DNA from: Candidatus Entotheonellaceae bacterium
GTDB taxonomy: Bacteria > Tectomicrobia > Entotheonellia > Entotheonellales > Entotheonellaceae
Direction: 5' to 3'
Length of the DNA: 64,000 bases
NCBI GenBank assembly: GCA_965238075.1
Contig: OZ250173.1
Location: 3,288,322 to 3,352,321 of the forward strand
In this document: positions 1-9,806 of the stretch, in pieces
How the letters are laid out: each line of letters opens with the position of its first letter
Numbering within the stretch: the stretch's first letter is position 1
Translations under genes and position numbers: made by a program
The notes under the pieces: generated by a model
Database searches by the model: none
What the model saw: the letters and a program-made list of their open reading frames with translations, nothing else
What the model was told of the DNA's origin: nothing

Positions 1-205
1 GCTGGTGGCGATGGTCATGATGTTCAATCAGGTTGACGGGCGACTGGACTGCATGCAGACAGAGACAAACCCCCTCTTTGACCGCATGCAGACAGATACC
101 AACGCCCGCTTTGATGCGGTGCTTGAGGCGATTATGAGCTTCGACCGCCGGGTCTCGCGCATCGAACGGCGTTTCGATGCCCATAGCACCGGGGCCGCCG
201 AGTAG
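1..205 (+). CDS. Small membrane-anchored coiled-coil protein, 5' end cut by the window edge; paralog of 9372-9596
   Basis: ORF 5..205 with an internal repeat (DRMQT[E/D]TN-like) and C-terminus EAIMSFDRRVSRIExRxDAHSxGAAE shared with the ORF at 9372. Confidence 0.6.
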   Translation, partial: LVAMVMMFNQVDGRLDCMQTETNPLFDRMQTDTNARFDAVLEAIMSFDRRVSRIERRFDAHSTGAAE

Positions 206-415
206 GCATGCGGTCCCGCTGGCGGATTGGCGACCGCGGCTCGCGGCCGCTTAGAACTCCCCAACTGGCTGCCAAAAGAGGGCTGATGATACGGTTGACG
301 TCCCACCGATTGCGGGCGAAATCGCCCCTTTCGCAACTTCCGGTGGGGCGTTCTGGAGTTCTCCGCGGCAAAATGGCGTAAGTCCAGCATCCACGCGGGT
401 TTCCGGTGATGCTAA
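206..415 (+). repeat. Conserved non-coding leader, copy 1
   Basis: Near-identical by eye to 9597-9806 (CATGCGGTCCCGCTGGCGGATTGGCGACC...CCGGTGATGC); lies directly before the first dif-like site. Confidence 0.9.
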
Positions 416-443
416 AGTTTACACATAGAGACTTATCAGAAGT
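416..443 (-). other. dif-like XerC/D site 1
   Basis: + strand AGTTTACACAT-AGAGAC-TTATCAGAAGT (11-6-11). Confidence 0.75.
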
Positions 444-459
444 TGAAGGGAGAAATCTC

Positions 460-750
460 ATGAGTGTATTCGCGCATCTGGTCACTTCTATGGGGTGGGG
501 TGAACCTGAGGCGACGCAGGCCTTGGCTTATATCCTCCGCCAACAACCCGGCATTCTTCGGGCGTTCGTCAGCTTGCTCGGCGCGGCAGGCGTCACATTC
601 AACCCCGGACGCATTGAGTTTGATGATAATGAGGTGTATTTGCCGGGCAACGACAAATACCTCCCCATCCGCCTCAAACCTGGTGTTGAGCGAGAGAGGG
701 TAGTTGAGGACGCGGTTGAGCAGATCCGCGCTGCTGTGTTCGGAGGTTGA
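460..750 (+). CDS. Cassette ORF, hypothetical protein, possibly internally deleted
   Basis: GGAG RBS then ATG just after site 1; its TGA stop lies inside site 2. Confidence 0.55.
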   Translation: MSVFAHLVTSMGWGEPEATQALAYILRQQPGILRAFVSLLGAAGVTFNPGRIEFDDNEVYLPGNDKYLPIRLKPGVERERVVEDAVEQIRAAVFGG

Positions 751-773
751 CATAAGACGGGATTATCCGAAGT
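745..773 (-). other. dif-like XerC/D site 2
   Basis: GGTTGACATAA-GACGGGA-TTATCCGAAGT (11-7-11). Confidence 0.75.
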
Positions 774-901
774 TGAGCGGGTATGACCTGCGCGGGGAAC
801 CAGCTCCTTTTTTTCCGGTTGACTTGCCGATTGAACATAGAAGATATTGGCCGCCGCTCAGGCACTTCGTCCTTGAATCATCAAACGAAAGGGGGTCCGT
901 T

Positions 902-1077
902 ATGCGCTGGATCGTGGTTTTGACGGTGCTCGCGGCGGGGCCACGATTGCCGAAGCACAGGCATTTCAAGGAATTGTGATGGATGATGGCAATCGAAGCG
1001 TGACGTTCTCCAACTCGATGCTGGAGATCGGCTCCGATACGCTGAACAATCTCAGAGTCTGGCCCAAAATAAGTTGA
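902..1077 (+). pseudogene. Frameshifted remnant of a secreted protein
   Basis: MRWIVVLTVLAAG continues in another frame as ATIAEAQAFQGIVMDD..., giving a signal peptide with an AEA cleavage site; purine-rich RBS upstream. Confidence 0.35.
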
Positions 1078-1299
1078 GCGATTTCGGTAGGTTGTGATTC
1101 GCTGGCATGACCAAGCCGCCACTGGCGAATCCCAAAGGACATCGGGACGACCGTTAATACCGCCCAAACGTGGCTCCTTCATCACCAGCGCAGATCTTCT
1201 CGTCTTTGGATTGGTAGAGCTATGAAAAACAATGCCTTATTTCGGGACGAACTCTTAACAAGGTTATATTTACGGACACTACACTCTAGGGGTTGACCG

Positions 1300-2229
1300 A
1301 TGCGCGAGAGGATGATAACGGATGAGATCCGCATGAGCGACGGCGCACCCATTATCCTGCGGAGGCTCGGGAACCCCAAGGGCTTGCGGCTTGTGGTCAG
1401 TCACGGCAACGGCTTGGCGGTCGACGCCTATGAGTCGTTCTGGAGGCTGCTCTCGGACCGGTTCGATCTGATCCTCTACGACGTCAGGAACCACGGGCGG
1501 AATCCGGTGGGAGATCTCGCCGCGCACAACATGGCCCAACTGATCGACGACACCGTGACTGTCGCGCAGGCCATCGACCGGACGTTTGGCCGACGGCCGC
1601 GGGTCGGTGTCTTCCACTCGTTGGCCGCTCTCCTGTGCCTGTTGCCGGGCGCGGAAGCGCACGGCTATGCGGGCCTGGTGCTGTTCGATCCGCCGGTGGC
1701 GCCGGATGCGGACTCGGCGAGCCGCCTGCTGAAGATGAGGCGGAAGCGGGTCGAGCAGGCGCGGCAGCGGCAGGCGGACTTCGACACGTGGGAGGATCTG
1801 GCGGACGTCTACCGGAGCGCCGCGCCGTTTCGCTTGCTGCCGCCGAGAGCCGTCGAGCGGCTCGCGCAGGCAACGCTCCGGCCGCGCGGGCCGACGGGCT
1901 TCACGCTCTGTTGTCCGCCTGCGTTCGAAGCCAAAATATACGAGGAGAGCATCGCTTGGTCAACGCGCGTTGACTTCGACCGTATCCGGTGTCCCGTAAG
2001 GGTAATCGGCAGCGATCCGGTGCTCCCCTTCTCGTTCCTTCCAAGCGTCGATCTGAACGAGATCGTGAAGCTGGACTACGATTTCCTGCCCGATGCAACG
2101 CACTTCCTGCAACTCGAGAAGCCCGGGGAGTGTGCGCTGTTGGTGCGGGACTTCCTCGACACCCTGGAGAGCGACCGATGCAGGGGCGCAACAGCGGACC
2201 TGGCCGGCGGCGGGCCGGAGACATCGTGA
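1300..2229 (+). CDS. Alpha/beta hydrolase (thioesterase-like)
   Basis: SHGNG, YDVRNHGR, nucleophile elbow VFHSLA, C-terminal ATHFLQLE. Confidence 0.85.
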   Translation: MRERMITDEIRMSDGAPIILRRLGNPKGLRLVVSHGNGLAVDAYESFWRLLSDRFDLILYDVRNHGRNPVGDLAAHNMAQLIDDTVTVAQAIDRTFGRRPRVGVFHSLAALLCLLPGAEAHGYAGLVLFDPPVAPDADSASRLLKMRRKRVEQARQRQADFDTWEDLADVYRSAAPFRLLPPRAVERLAQATLRPRGPTGFTLCCPPAFEAKIYEESIAWSTRVDFDRIRCPVRVIGSDPVLPFSFLPSVDLNEIVKLDYDFLPDATHFLQLEKPGECALLVRDFLDTLESDRCRGATADLAGGGPETS

Positions 2230-2359
2230 ACCGGACTCGCCTTGGGGCCTTCCATCGGGGAACCTTCAGGCAGCAGACCTGCGACCTGCGGCCTGTCGGT
2301 GGTAAGCCGAACCGCCGGTCACCTGCCACGGGGCCGGAAGTGCTGTGAGGTGGATTCGC

Positions 2360-3408
2360 ATGCGGACACCGCCGGAACGTGAACGAGGGGAACCTCAGGT
2401 GTCGTTGGCGTTCTCACAGATGATCATGGGGGCTTGGGTGCCCCAGGTCATCTATACCGCAGTCTCGCTCGGGGTCTTCTAGAACCTCCACGCCGGGCCG
2501 CGTTCCGGCGCCGAGATAGCAAACGAGATTGGTGTTCCGCTCGCGACCACGAATCGGCTGCTGCGCGCCCTCGTTTGCCTCGAATTGTGCAGCGCGTCCG
2601 AGTCCGACACCTTCGCACTCATGCCGGGGGGACGATTACTTTGCGCGGAGACGCCGGGCTCGATGCGCTCGCTGGCGCTGCTCCGGGGCCGAGGGAGCGT
2701 CTGGTCGGCGTGGGGCAGGCTGCTGGACGTTGTTCGCACGGGGAAAACGGCTCCGGAGCTGGTCGCCGGGAAAGGCATCTACGAGTGGCTGGCCGACGAT
2801 CCGGCCGGTTTCAATGTCTTCAACCAGGCGATGACGGAGCTGAGCATCGCCCAGGCGTAGGCGGTCCCGATGCCTTTGACTTTTCGGATGCCCACGTCAT
2901 CGTGGATGTCGGTGGGGGCTACGGTGCGCTCCTCATGGCGATACTCATGAGGTACGGCGACGCCAGCGGCGTCGTCTTCGATCGCTCCACGTGCCGTGAG
3001 GGATCGGAACGGTTGATCGCGCAGACCGGACTGTCGGATCGCTGCAGGTTCGTCGGTGGCGACTTCTTCAAGTCGGTGCCCGTGGGGGGCGACATATACC
3101 TGCTCAAGAACGTGATCCACAATTGGGACGACGATTGGAGCATGACCATCCTGCGAACCTGCCGCACGGCCATGAGCGGAGATTCACGCCTGCTGCTGAT
3201 TGAGCCGATCGTGCCCGAACAGATCACCGCGTCGCTCGCCGACACTGTAGTGGTCGCATTCGATTTGCATATGCTGCTGTTGACCGGCGGTTGCGAACGC
3301 ACCGAAGAGCAGCATCGGTCGCTGTTGCAGGCAGCCGGGTTCGACGTGATGCGCATCGTGCCGACATCGTCGGCGCTCAACCTGATCGAGGCGCGCCAGA
3401 CGGCTTGA
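2360..3408 (+). pseudogene. SAM-dependent O-methyltransferase (dimerisation + Methyltransf_2), disrupted
   Basis: In-frame TAG at 2480, TAG at 2858 plus a frameshift; motifs VDVGGGYG, FVGGDFF, KNVIHNWDD, GCERT. Confidence 0.85.
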
Positions 3409-3439
3409 CTCGGCATTGTCGAACAAGAGCCATTGTGAA

Positions 3440-3592
3440 GGATGTGTTGAAACTTTCAAATGGTGGCAAGAGTGCGATGGGTCGAGTCGACCGGGTTCCA
3501 TCTCATGCAGCCACCTCGAACAGCTTGTTGATGAACTGAATCTGTTGCCGAAGATCCGAACCGCTCACCCACCGCGCTTGCCCCTTCCGGAT
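3440..3592 (-). mobile_element. IS6-family remnant (transposase C-terminus plus terminal IR)
   Basis: Minus-strand IRKGQARWVSGSDLRQQIQFINKLFEVAA*; IR-like GGATGTGTTGAAACTTT at 3440. Confidence 0.65.
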
Positions 3593-3839
3593 CTGGCGGC
3601 GGCCCTGGGCCTGAACGGCCTCGGGGGCTTCGGAGGCTTCGCGGGCGGCGGCGGGGACGCGCCGATGGGCGGCACGGAGTTCCTGTTCGCGTGGGGCGGG
3701 GCTGGCAGTTCTGGGGCCAGGGCGACATCCAGACGTTCGCGGGCGAGCCGGCGGTCGAGCGGCGCTACGAGGGCGGCATGCGCCTCGAAACCGAGCTGAC
3801 GGCCATGCATCCCTACCTGGGCTGGTCGAACGGGGCCAC

Positions 3840-3948
3840 GTCGGTGTGGACGAAGTCGGCGGCGCAGATCCTCGAGAAGGTGGACCGAGCCCGGAAGGCC
3901 CTCGCCGCCGTCTCCCGCATAGGAGGCTGTGTTCGGACACTACACTAG
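3840..3948 (+). mobile_element. IS630-family remnant (transposase C-terminus and right end)
   Basis: VWTKSAAQILEKVDRARKAL...RTLH* ending in ACACTAG. Confidence 0.6.
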
Positions 3949-4013
3949 ATATCATGCTAGGATGGACTCGACATGCGGCGACCGTCAAGTTCGCCGCCAG
4001 GGGGAATGATGAC

Positions 4014-4301
4014 ATGGCAGCCTACGTGATCATGGATATCGAGGTAACCGACCCTACCAGCTACCGTGGTTTTCTGGAGCAGGCGGCGGCAACGGTTGCA
4101 GCGCACGGCGGCAAGTATCTCGTGCGCGCCGGCGCCACGACAGTCCTGCAGGGCAACTGGCAACCTCATCGCCTCGTGGTGGTGGAGTTCGACAGCGCCG
4201 AGCAGGCGAGACAATGGAGAAACTCGCCGGACGCCACTCACGCCAGAGAGATGCTCAACAGGTCGTCCAACACGAACATGATAATTGTCGAGGGCGATTA
4301 A
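4014..4301 (+). CDS. DUF1330 family protein
   Basis: MAAYVIMDIEVTD...HGGKYLVRAG...LVVVEFDS; 95 aa. Confidence 0.9.
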   Translation: MAAYVIMDIEVTDPTSYRGFLEQAAATVAAHGGKYLVRAGATTVLQGNWQPHRLVVVEFDSAEQARQWRNSPDATHAREMLNRSSNTNMIIVEGD

Positions 4302-4456
4302 CGCCGCGCTACGGTGGGCGGACCGGTTGTGGTGCAACTTTGGCCGACGGCGGCTGGTAACCGGAAGAGATCATGAAAAAAGACAATCCGACTGGCGATC
4401 TTCAAGTGGCGACAGACGCGGCCGCGGGTGCTGCCGCTGGTAATCAGGTGAATGCG

Positions 4457-5722
4457 ATGAGCCGCGCTCAGCGCTACGACTGCGCGGTCATCGGCGGCGG
4501 GCCCGCGGGCGCGACGGCGGCGACGGTGTTGGCACAGCACGGCCGGCGCGTGGTGGTCATCGAGCGCGAGCGCTTTCCGCGCCACCACGTCGGCGAATCG
4601 CTGATGCCGTACACTTGGTTTACGTTCGAGCGGCTCGGCGTGCTCGACTGGTTCACGGAAGCCGCCTGTCCTCAGAAATACAGCGTGCAATTCGTCCCGA
4701 CCTCCGGCAAGGTGTCGCAGCCATTCTATTTCTTCGAGACCATCAAGCACCCTTGCGCCACCACCTGGCAGGTGCTTCGCAGCGACTTCGACCGGATGCT
4801 GCTCGACAACGCGCGCGCCAAGGGCGTCGAGGTGCGCCAGGGGGCGGTGGTCCGCGAGGTGCTCATGGAAGGCCAGCGCGCCGTCGGTGTCCGGGCTGAC
4901 CTAACCGGGGGCGGATCCGAGACGTTCTCGGCCGACGCGGTGATCGACGCGTCCGGACGCAACTCGTTCCTGGCCTCCAGGCTCGGCATGAAGCGGCGCG
5001 ACCCCGACCTGAACAAGATCGCCATATTCACCTACTACCGCGGCGCCCGGCGCGACCCAGGGCTCGACGCGGGAGCCACCACCGTCGCCTACATCCCGCA
5101 CAAGGGCTGGTTCTGGTACATCCCGCTGCCGGACGACATCGTCAGCGTCGGCGTCGTGGCCGAGAAGGACTATCTCTACCGCGACACGCGCGACCCCGAG
5201 GACATCTTCGCACGCGAGGCGGCGGCGTGCATCTGGATCGAGGACCACCTGCGGCCGGGAACGCGCGTCGAGCCGGTGCGCGTCACCGGCGAGTTCAGCT
5301 ACCGGGCCGAGGCTATCGGGGGGGACGGCTTCTGTCTGGCGGGCGACGCGTTCTCGTTCCTCGACCCGGTCTTCTCGACCGGCCTGTTCATGGCGCTCAA
5401 GAGCGGGGAGATGGCGGCGGACGCCGTCCACCAGGGTCTCGACAGCGGCGGGGTTACCGCCGCGACGTTCGAGGAGTACGGGCGCCAGATGCGCTGGGCG
5501 CTCGACCAGTTCCGGCAGCTCGTGCTGTCGTTCTACAATGAGCGGTTCAGCTTCCGCGAGTTCATCCGCGCCTACCCGGACATGCACCCGCGGCTGGTCG
5601 ACGCGCTGGTCGGCAACGTTTTCTCCGATCTCGGTCCGCTGATCGACGCGCTCCGCGACTTCTTGGCGCGGGAGCCATCGACCGGCGCCTCGGCGATCGA
5701 CCCGCCGGCTGTCAGCGCCTAG
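4457..5722 (+). CDS. Flavin-dependent halogenase-family FAD oxidoreductase
   Basis: GGGPAG, FPRHHVGES, WFWYIP (WxWxIP), GDAFSFLDPVFSTG; an upstream start at 4373 is also possible. Confidence 0.85.
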   Translation: MSRAQRYDCAVIGGGPAGATAATVLAQHGRRVVVIERERFPRHHVGESLMPYTWFTFERLGVLDWFTEAACPQKYSVQFVPTSGKVSQPFYFFETIKHPCATTWQVLRSDFDRMLLDNARAKGVEVRQGAVVREVLMEGQRAVGVRADLTGGGSETFSADAVIDASGRNSFLASRLGMKRRDPDLNKIAIFTYYRGARRDPGLDAGATTVAYIPHKGWFWYIPLPDDIVSVGVVAEKDYLYRDTRDPEDIFAREAAACIWIEDHLRPGTRVEPVRVTGEFSYRAEAIGGDGFCLAGDAFSFLDPVFSTGLFMALKSGEMAADAVHQGLDSGGVTAATFEEYGRQMRWALDQFRQLVLSFYNERFSFREFIRAYPDMHPRLVDALVGNVFSDLGPLIDALRDFLAREPSTGASAIDPPAVSA

Positions 5723-6064
5723 CAGCCCGTGGAAGAAACGGGTCTCCAGAGCGTCAGGTGGCGGAAGGGGGCCAGCACCCAGGCGGCGGTGAGTTTGTGC
5801 CGACGGCGGGTTTTGCAGCTTGAAGACCCGGCGATCGGGCTGAAAAGGCCAATATGACGGCGAAAGTGGCGAAGAATGTGCAGAAAACGGTGCTGACATG
5901 ACCCGCGAGCGCCGCTTGCGCCGCGGCGAGCCCCTGCAGAGCCCGCGGGGTGCCAAAACGTGCGTGCGGCGGCAGCCCGGCCAACCGCTGGCCGCGGTCG
6001 GCAGCCCGCCGGAAATCGTCCGACGCCTACGCGCCGCGAACGACGGCTCCGGGACGGACGCTCC

Positions 6065-7384
6065 ATGACCCGGGACGCCGGGGCGGTTCCAGCAACCGAG
6101 CGGCTGCCGCGCGAGACGCTGGCCGCGCTTCAAGGCGAGCGCCTGACACGGCTGCTCGGCTATATCCACGCACGGAACCGGTTCTACACCCGCAAACTGA
6201 CGGATGCGGGCATCGATCCCGCGCAGCTTGTCCTGCCGCGTGATCTCGCCGCGCTGCCCTTCACCACCAAGGCGGAGCTGGTGGCCGATCAGGCCCAGGC
6301 GCCGCCGTGGGGCACCGTGCTTACCGAGCCGCTCGTGCGCTACACCCGTTACAACCAGACCTCGTCCACGACCGGCCGACCGCTGCGCTGGCTCGACACG
6401 ACGGAGAGCTGGCAATGGATGCTCGACTGCTGGCAGGCGGTCTACCGCGGCGCCGGCGTCGGCGCCGACGACCGCATCATCTTCCCGTTCTCGTTCGGAC
6501 CGTTCCTCGGATTCTGGACGGCGTTCGACGCGGCCACCCAGCTCGGGGCGCACGCCATTCCGGCCGGCGGGATGACGAGCCACCAGCGACTCGCCCTGAT
6601 TAGGTCGCTGGCGCCCACCGTGGTCTGCTGCACGCCGACCTACGCGCTGCGGCTGCTCGACGTGGCGCGCGAGGCGGATGGCGTCGACAACGCGCTGGCC
6701 GATACTGCCGTCCGCACCGTCATCGTCGCCGGCGAGCCGGGCGGCAGCATTCCGGCCACGCGCCAGCGGATCGAGCGCGGCTGGGGGGCGCGGGTCATCG
6801 ACCACCACGGGTTGACCGAGGTCGGCCCCATCAGTTTCGAGTGCCGGGAGGCCCCGGGGTTCCTGCACGTCAACGAACGCGAGTACATCGCCGAGATGCT
6901 CGACCCGGAGTCGGGACAGCCGGCGGCGGACGACAGCCGCGGCGAGCTGGTCATCACGAACCTCGGGCGCACCGCCAGCCCGTTGATCCGCTACCGTACG
7001 GGCGATCTGGTCGTCGCGACGCACGAGCCGTGCGCCTGCGGGCGTACGTTCGTGCGCCTCGTGGGCGGCATTGTGGCGCGCGCCGACGACATGGTCAACA
7101 TCCGCGGGACGAACGTCTATCCGACTGCCGTCGAAGAGGTTCTGAGCGCAATCGACGCAGTAGTCGAGTACCGCTGCACGGTGCGGACGGCAGCCTCGAT
7201 GCGCGCGCTCGCCGTGGAGGTCGAGGTGGGCCGCGGCGCCGATGAGGCCGCGGTGACGGCGCTGGTGTCGCAAAACCTGCGGAAAGCGCTCGGCCTGAAC
7301 GTCCAGGTCACGCCGGTCGCCGCCGGCACGCTGCCGCGCTTCGAGATGAAGGCGCGCCGATTTGTCGTGGAACGCAGTTCATAA
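6065..7384 (+). CDS. Phenylacetate-CoA ligase (PaaK)-family adenylating enzyme
   Basis: LPFTTKAEL, TSSTTGRP, DHHGLTE, PLIRYRTGD, RADDM, RFEMKARR. Confidence 0.9.
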   Translation: MTRDAGAVPATERLPRETLAALQGERLTRLLGYIHARNRFYTRKLTDAGIDPAQLVLPRDLAALPFTTKAELVADQAQAPPWGTVLTEPLVRYTRYNQTSSTTGRPLRWLDTTESWQWMLDCWQAVYRGAGVGADDRIIFPFSFGPFLGFWTAFDAATQLGAHAIPAGGMTSHQRLALIRSLAPTVVCCTPTYALRLLDVAREADGVDNALADTAVRTVIVAGEPGGSIPATRQRIERGWGARVIDHHGLTEVGPISFECREAPGFLHVNEREYIAEMLDPESGQPAADDSRGELVITNLGRTASPLIRYRTGDLVVATHEPCACGRTFVRLVGGIVARADDMVNIRGTNVYPTAVEEVLSAIDAVVEYRCTVRTAASMRALAVEVEVGRGADEAAVTALVSQNLRKALGLNVQVTPVAAGTLPRFEMKARRFVVERSS

Positions 7385-7399
7385 TCTGAAGCGTCGTAA

Positions 7400-7612
7400 C
7401 ATGCTGGGGCTCCGCGCGCCGGACAGGCAAACCCCGCCAGAACCTCGTAGCGGTCCTGGGCGTAGGCATGACGAAAACCGTGTGTGCCGTTCAGCCCGAT
7501 GCTCTTGCGGGGACTCTGCCACAGGCCGTCACGGTAGTCTTTGTACGACAGCGACGACGGGATCAGCGAGCCCTTGCCCGCCACCGCCTTGGCATGGTCC
7601 AGGGCCTTGCGC
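7400..7612 (-). pseudogene. Tyrosine recombinase/integrase fragment
   Basis: GSLIP...THGFRHAYAQDRYEVLAGFACP carries the HxxR catalytic box; cut off upstream at the ISKra4 element. Confidence 0.7.
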
Positions 7613-7637
7613 GGGAGCACCAAAAAGTGTGGGACAG

Positions 7638-9027
7638 TCAGGCAGCGCGTGGTTCAGCTTCAGCTGACCTGTCCCCGGCCTTCATTCCCGGGTACCACTG
7701 CTCGAACTTCTCCCTGAGCGTGCCGTCGAGGGTCCGCGTCCGGACTTGCAGCATGAGATGCGCCCCGCCTTTCGACCACCGCATCTGCTGACGCTTGCCA
7801 AACCGTTTGCCGACAACCGTGTTGATGGCACTCTCCACAAACCGTGGAAACGCGCTCGCCGTAGCGCCGCCGTTCGGCATAGTTGGGAATCAAGCCCGCG
7901 TTGCTGCGGATGTAGGTATCGAACTCGCCGGCAGCTTTCCTGAGTGCCTTCATGCCCGGGTAGTCGGTCTTGATGCCTTCCAGATCCAAGACGAGTTCCG
8001 TGATCGCACGACGGCCGTCGTGCAGATTCCCATTCCACAGGCCGCCTTTGATGCGGCGCAGAAGCCGATCCACGGCTTCCGCTTCATCCGAATTTGAGTG
8101 GCTCAGCCCTCTGACATACTGGCGCATGACGGTGATGCGCATGGTGATGTAGAACCAGTCGAGCAGGTGCTCGGACGCCGGGGCCATGTAACGCGCCATG
8201 TTCCTGACCGTGTCGCCGCCATCGGTCAGGTGACAGGCTGGTTTTCCTGCCATCCCTGCTCCTTCAGGACCTCGTGCAGCCGCCGCCGTGGCCGGGTGTC
8301 GTGGGACTGCACGAGACCGAGGTAACGGTTTGGCTTGTCCACGGGCATGGACTTGGCGACCATGACCTCGAAGTGCGTGTTCCTTGTCCCGCGAGCGCAC
8401 ATAGCCGCCATCGATTCCGACCGTGATGGAGTCTTCCGGCAGCGGCATGGCGGCCCGCTCCTGCGGGCACGTTTCGATGAAGAAGAACTGTTCATCTGCC
8501 AGTTCGCCTTCCATGCGTTTGGCCGCCATGTGAAGATGGTTACGCACGGTCTCGGCGCTCAGGCCCTCGCCGATGGGCAGGACATCCTTGAGAAGATGGG
8601 TCGCGGCGCCGAACGAGACCAGCGAGGCCCACCTGGTTTCCAGCCACAGCAGTTCCGGTGCCGTGTGGTCCGGAGGCAAGTCGTTCAGAGGGCTGAAGGT
8701 GTTTGGGCGACGGCCGTCGCAGGCACATTGGCAATACCGCGGGCTTGTGACTGAGATATCACCGAAGACCATGCGGTAACGGATGGCGCGGCTGCCCTTT
8801 TTGCGCAGCCGCAGACCGCAGCCAGGACAGACCGACTTCGAGGCGCAGTATGCCTCCGCCTGGGCCGTAACGATCTCGTGTTGCAGGGACTTCAGCAGTG
8901 CTTTGCCTTCGGCGATTGACAGGCCGGTCTCTTCGTGCCGATCATGTCCCTTGTCGAGAATGATGACCTCGCGCTCCCGTATCTCACCGTCCGGGGTTGT
9001 CACGCGTAGGGTGATCTCGAATTTCAT
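7638..9027 (-). mobile_element. ISKra4-family transposase, frameshifted
   Basis: GLSIAEGK, CPGCG, VGIDGGYVR, LTDGGDTV, HLLDWF, FVESAINTVVGKRFGKRQQMRW spread over three frames. Confidence 0.85.
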
Positions 9028-9240
9028 GGCTGTCCTCCCCAGGCAAGGGGTTTTCCAGAATCCGGGGAGAGGAAAATCCGCGTTTCACTGGATGGCGTTT
9101 TCTGCCATGCCATGGCGTCGGATTGCCCTCTTCGGTCCTCATCTTTGTTTTCGGCCTTTGAGTAGTAATGGAACAGAAAACTGTGTTAAGCCTTGCTGAG
9201 TTGACGGCCGGCGTCTTTCGGTGAGCCAGTGTCGTTGGCG

Positions 9241-9372
9241 TCATTGAGCTCGGGGAATGAGATGGCGAGAGCGCATGAAATGATAGAGCGTTGAGCGATC
9301 TACCCCGGTGATCTTGGCAATCAACGCCTTTGAGACCTTGAGGTCCAGGAGCCTTTGAATTTCGTCTTCCTT
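9241..9372 (-). pseudogene. C-terminal HTH of a serine resolvase/invertase (not in the ORF track)
   Basis: Translated by hand: KEDEIQRLLDLKVSKALIAKITGVDRSTLYHFMRSRHLIPRAQ*. Confidence 0.65.
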
Positions 9373-9596
9373 TGGTGGGTTTGTTCGTGGCGATGGTTAC
9401 CCTGTTCAACGGTGTCGACGCGCGCGTCGACGCCTTGAACGACCGCATGGACCGCATGCAGGCTGAAACCAACCTGGGCTTTGAAGCCGTCAATGCACGC
9501 TTCGACAAGGCTTTTGAGGCGATCATGAGTTTTGACCGCCGGGTCTCCCGCATTGAAGGGCGTCTCGATGCCCATAGCGCCGGGGCCGCCGAGTAG
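9372..9596 (+). CDS. Small membrane-anchored coiled-coil protein, probably 5' truncated
   Basis: Hydrophobic VGLFVAMVTLF followed by heptad-like DRMDRMQAETN...; paralog of 1-205. Confidence 0.6.
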   Translation: MVGLFVAMVTLFNGVDARVDALNDRMDRMQAETNLGFEAVNARFDKAFEAIMSFDRRVSRIEGRLDAHSAGAAE

Positions 9597-9806
9597 TCAT
9601 GCGGTCCCGCTGGCGGATTGGCGACCGCGGCTCGCGGCCGTTTAGAACTCCCCAACTGGCTGCCAAAAGAGGGCTGATGATACGGTTGACGTCCCACCGA
9701 TTGCGGGCGAAATCGCCCCTTTCGCAACTCCCGGTGGGGCGTTCTGGAAGTCTCCGCGGTAAAATGGCGTAAGGCGAGCATCCACGGGGGTTCCCGGTGA
9801 TGCGAA
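9597..9806 (+). repeat. Conserved non-coding leader, copy 2
   Basis: Direct repeat of 206-415. Confidence 0.9.

Noticed and set aside
28-390. Minus-strand ORF repeated within 8984-9781
   Set aside because: It follows from the duplicated leader; the copies differ in length and composition is not protein-like. A small peptide cannot be fully excluded.
2480-2860. Pyrrolysine or amber readthrough in the methyltransferase (two TAGs)
   Set aside because: A frameshift is also needed near 2860 and neighbouring genes are decayed, so a pseudogene is the simpler reading.
4901-7273. 790-aa minus-strand ORF, and similar long antisense ORFs such as 49332-51311 and 47855-49276
   Set aside because: They are shadows of well-supported genes on the opposite strand in GC-rich DNA and have no recognisable motifs.
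7612-9200. Terminal inverted repeats and target duplication of the ISKra4 element
   Set aside because: GGGAGCACCAAAAAGTG near 7613 may be one end, but no matching partner was found by eye.
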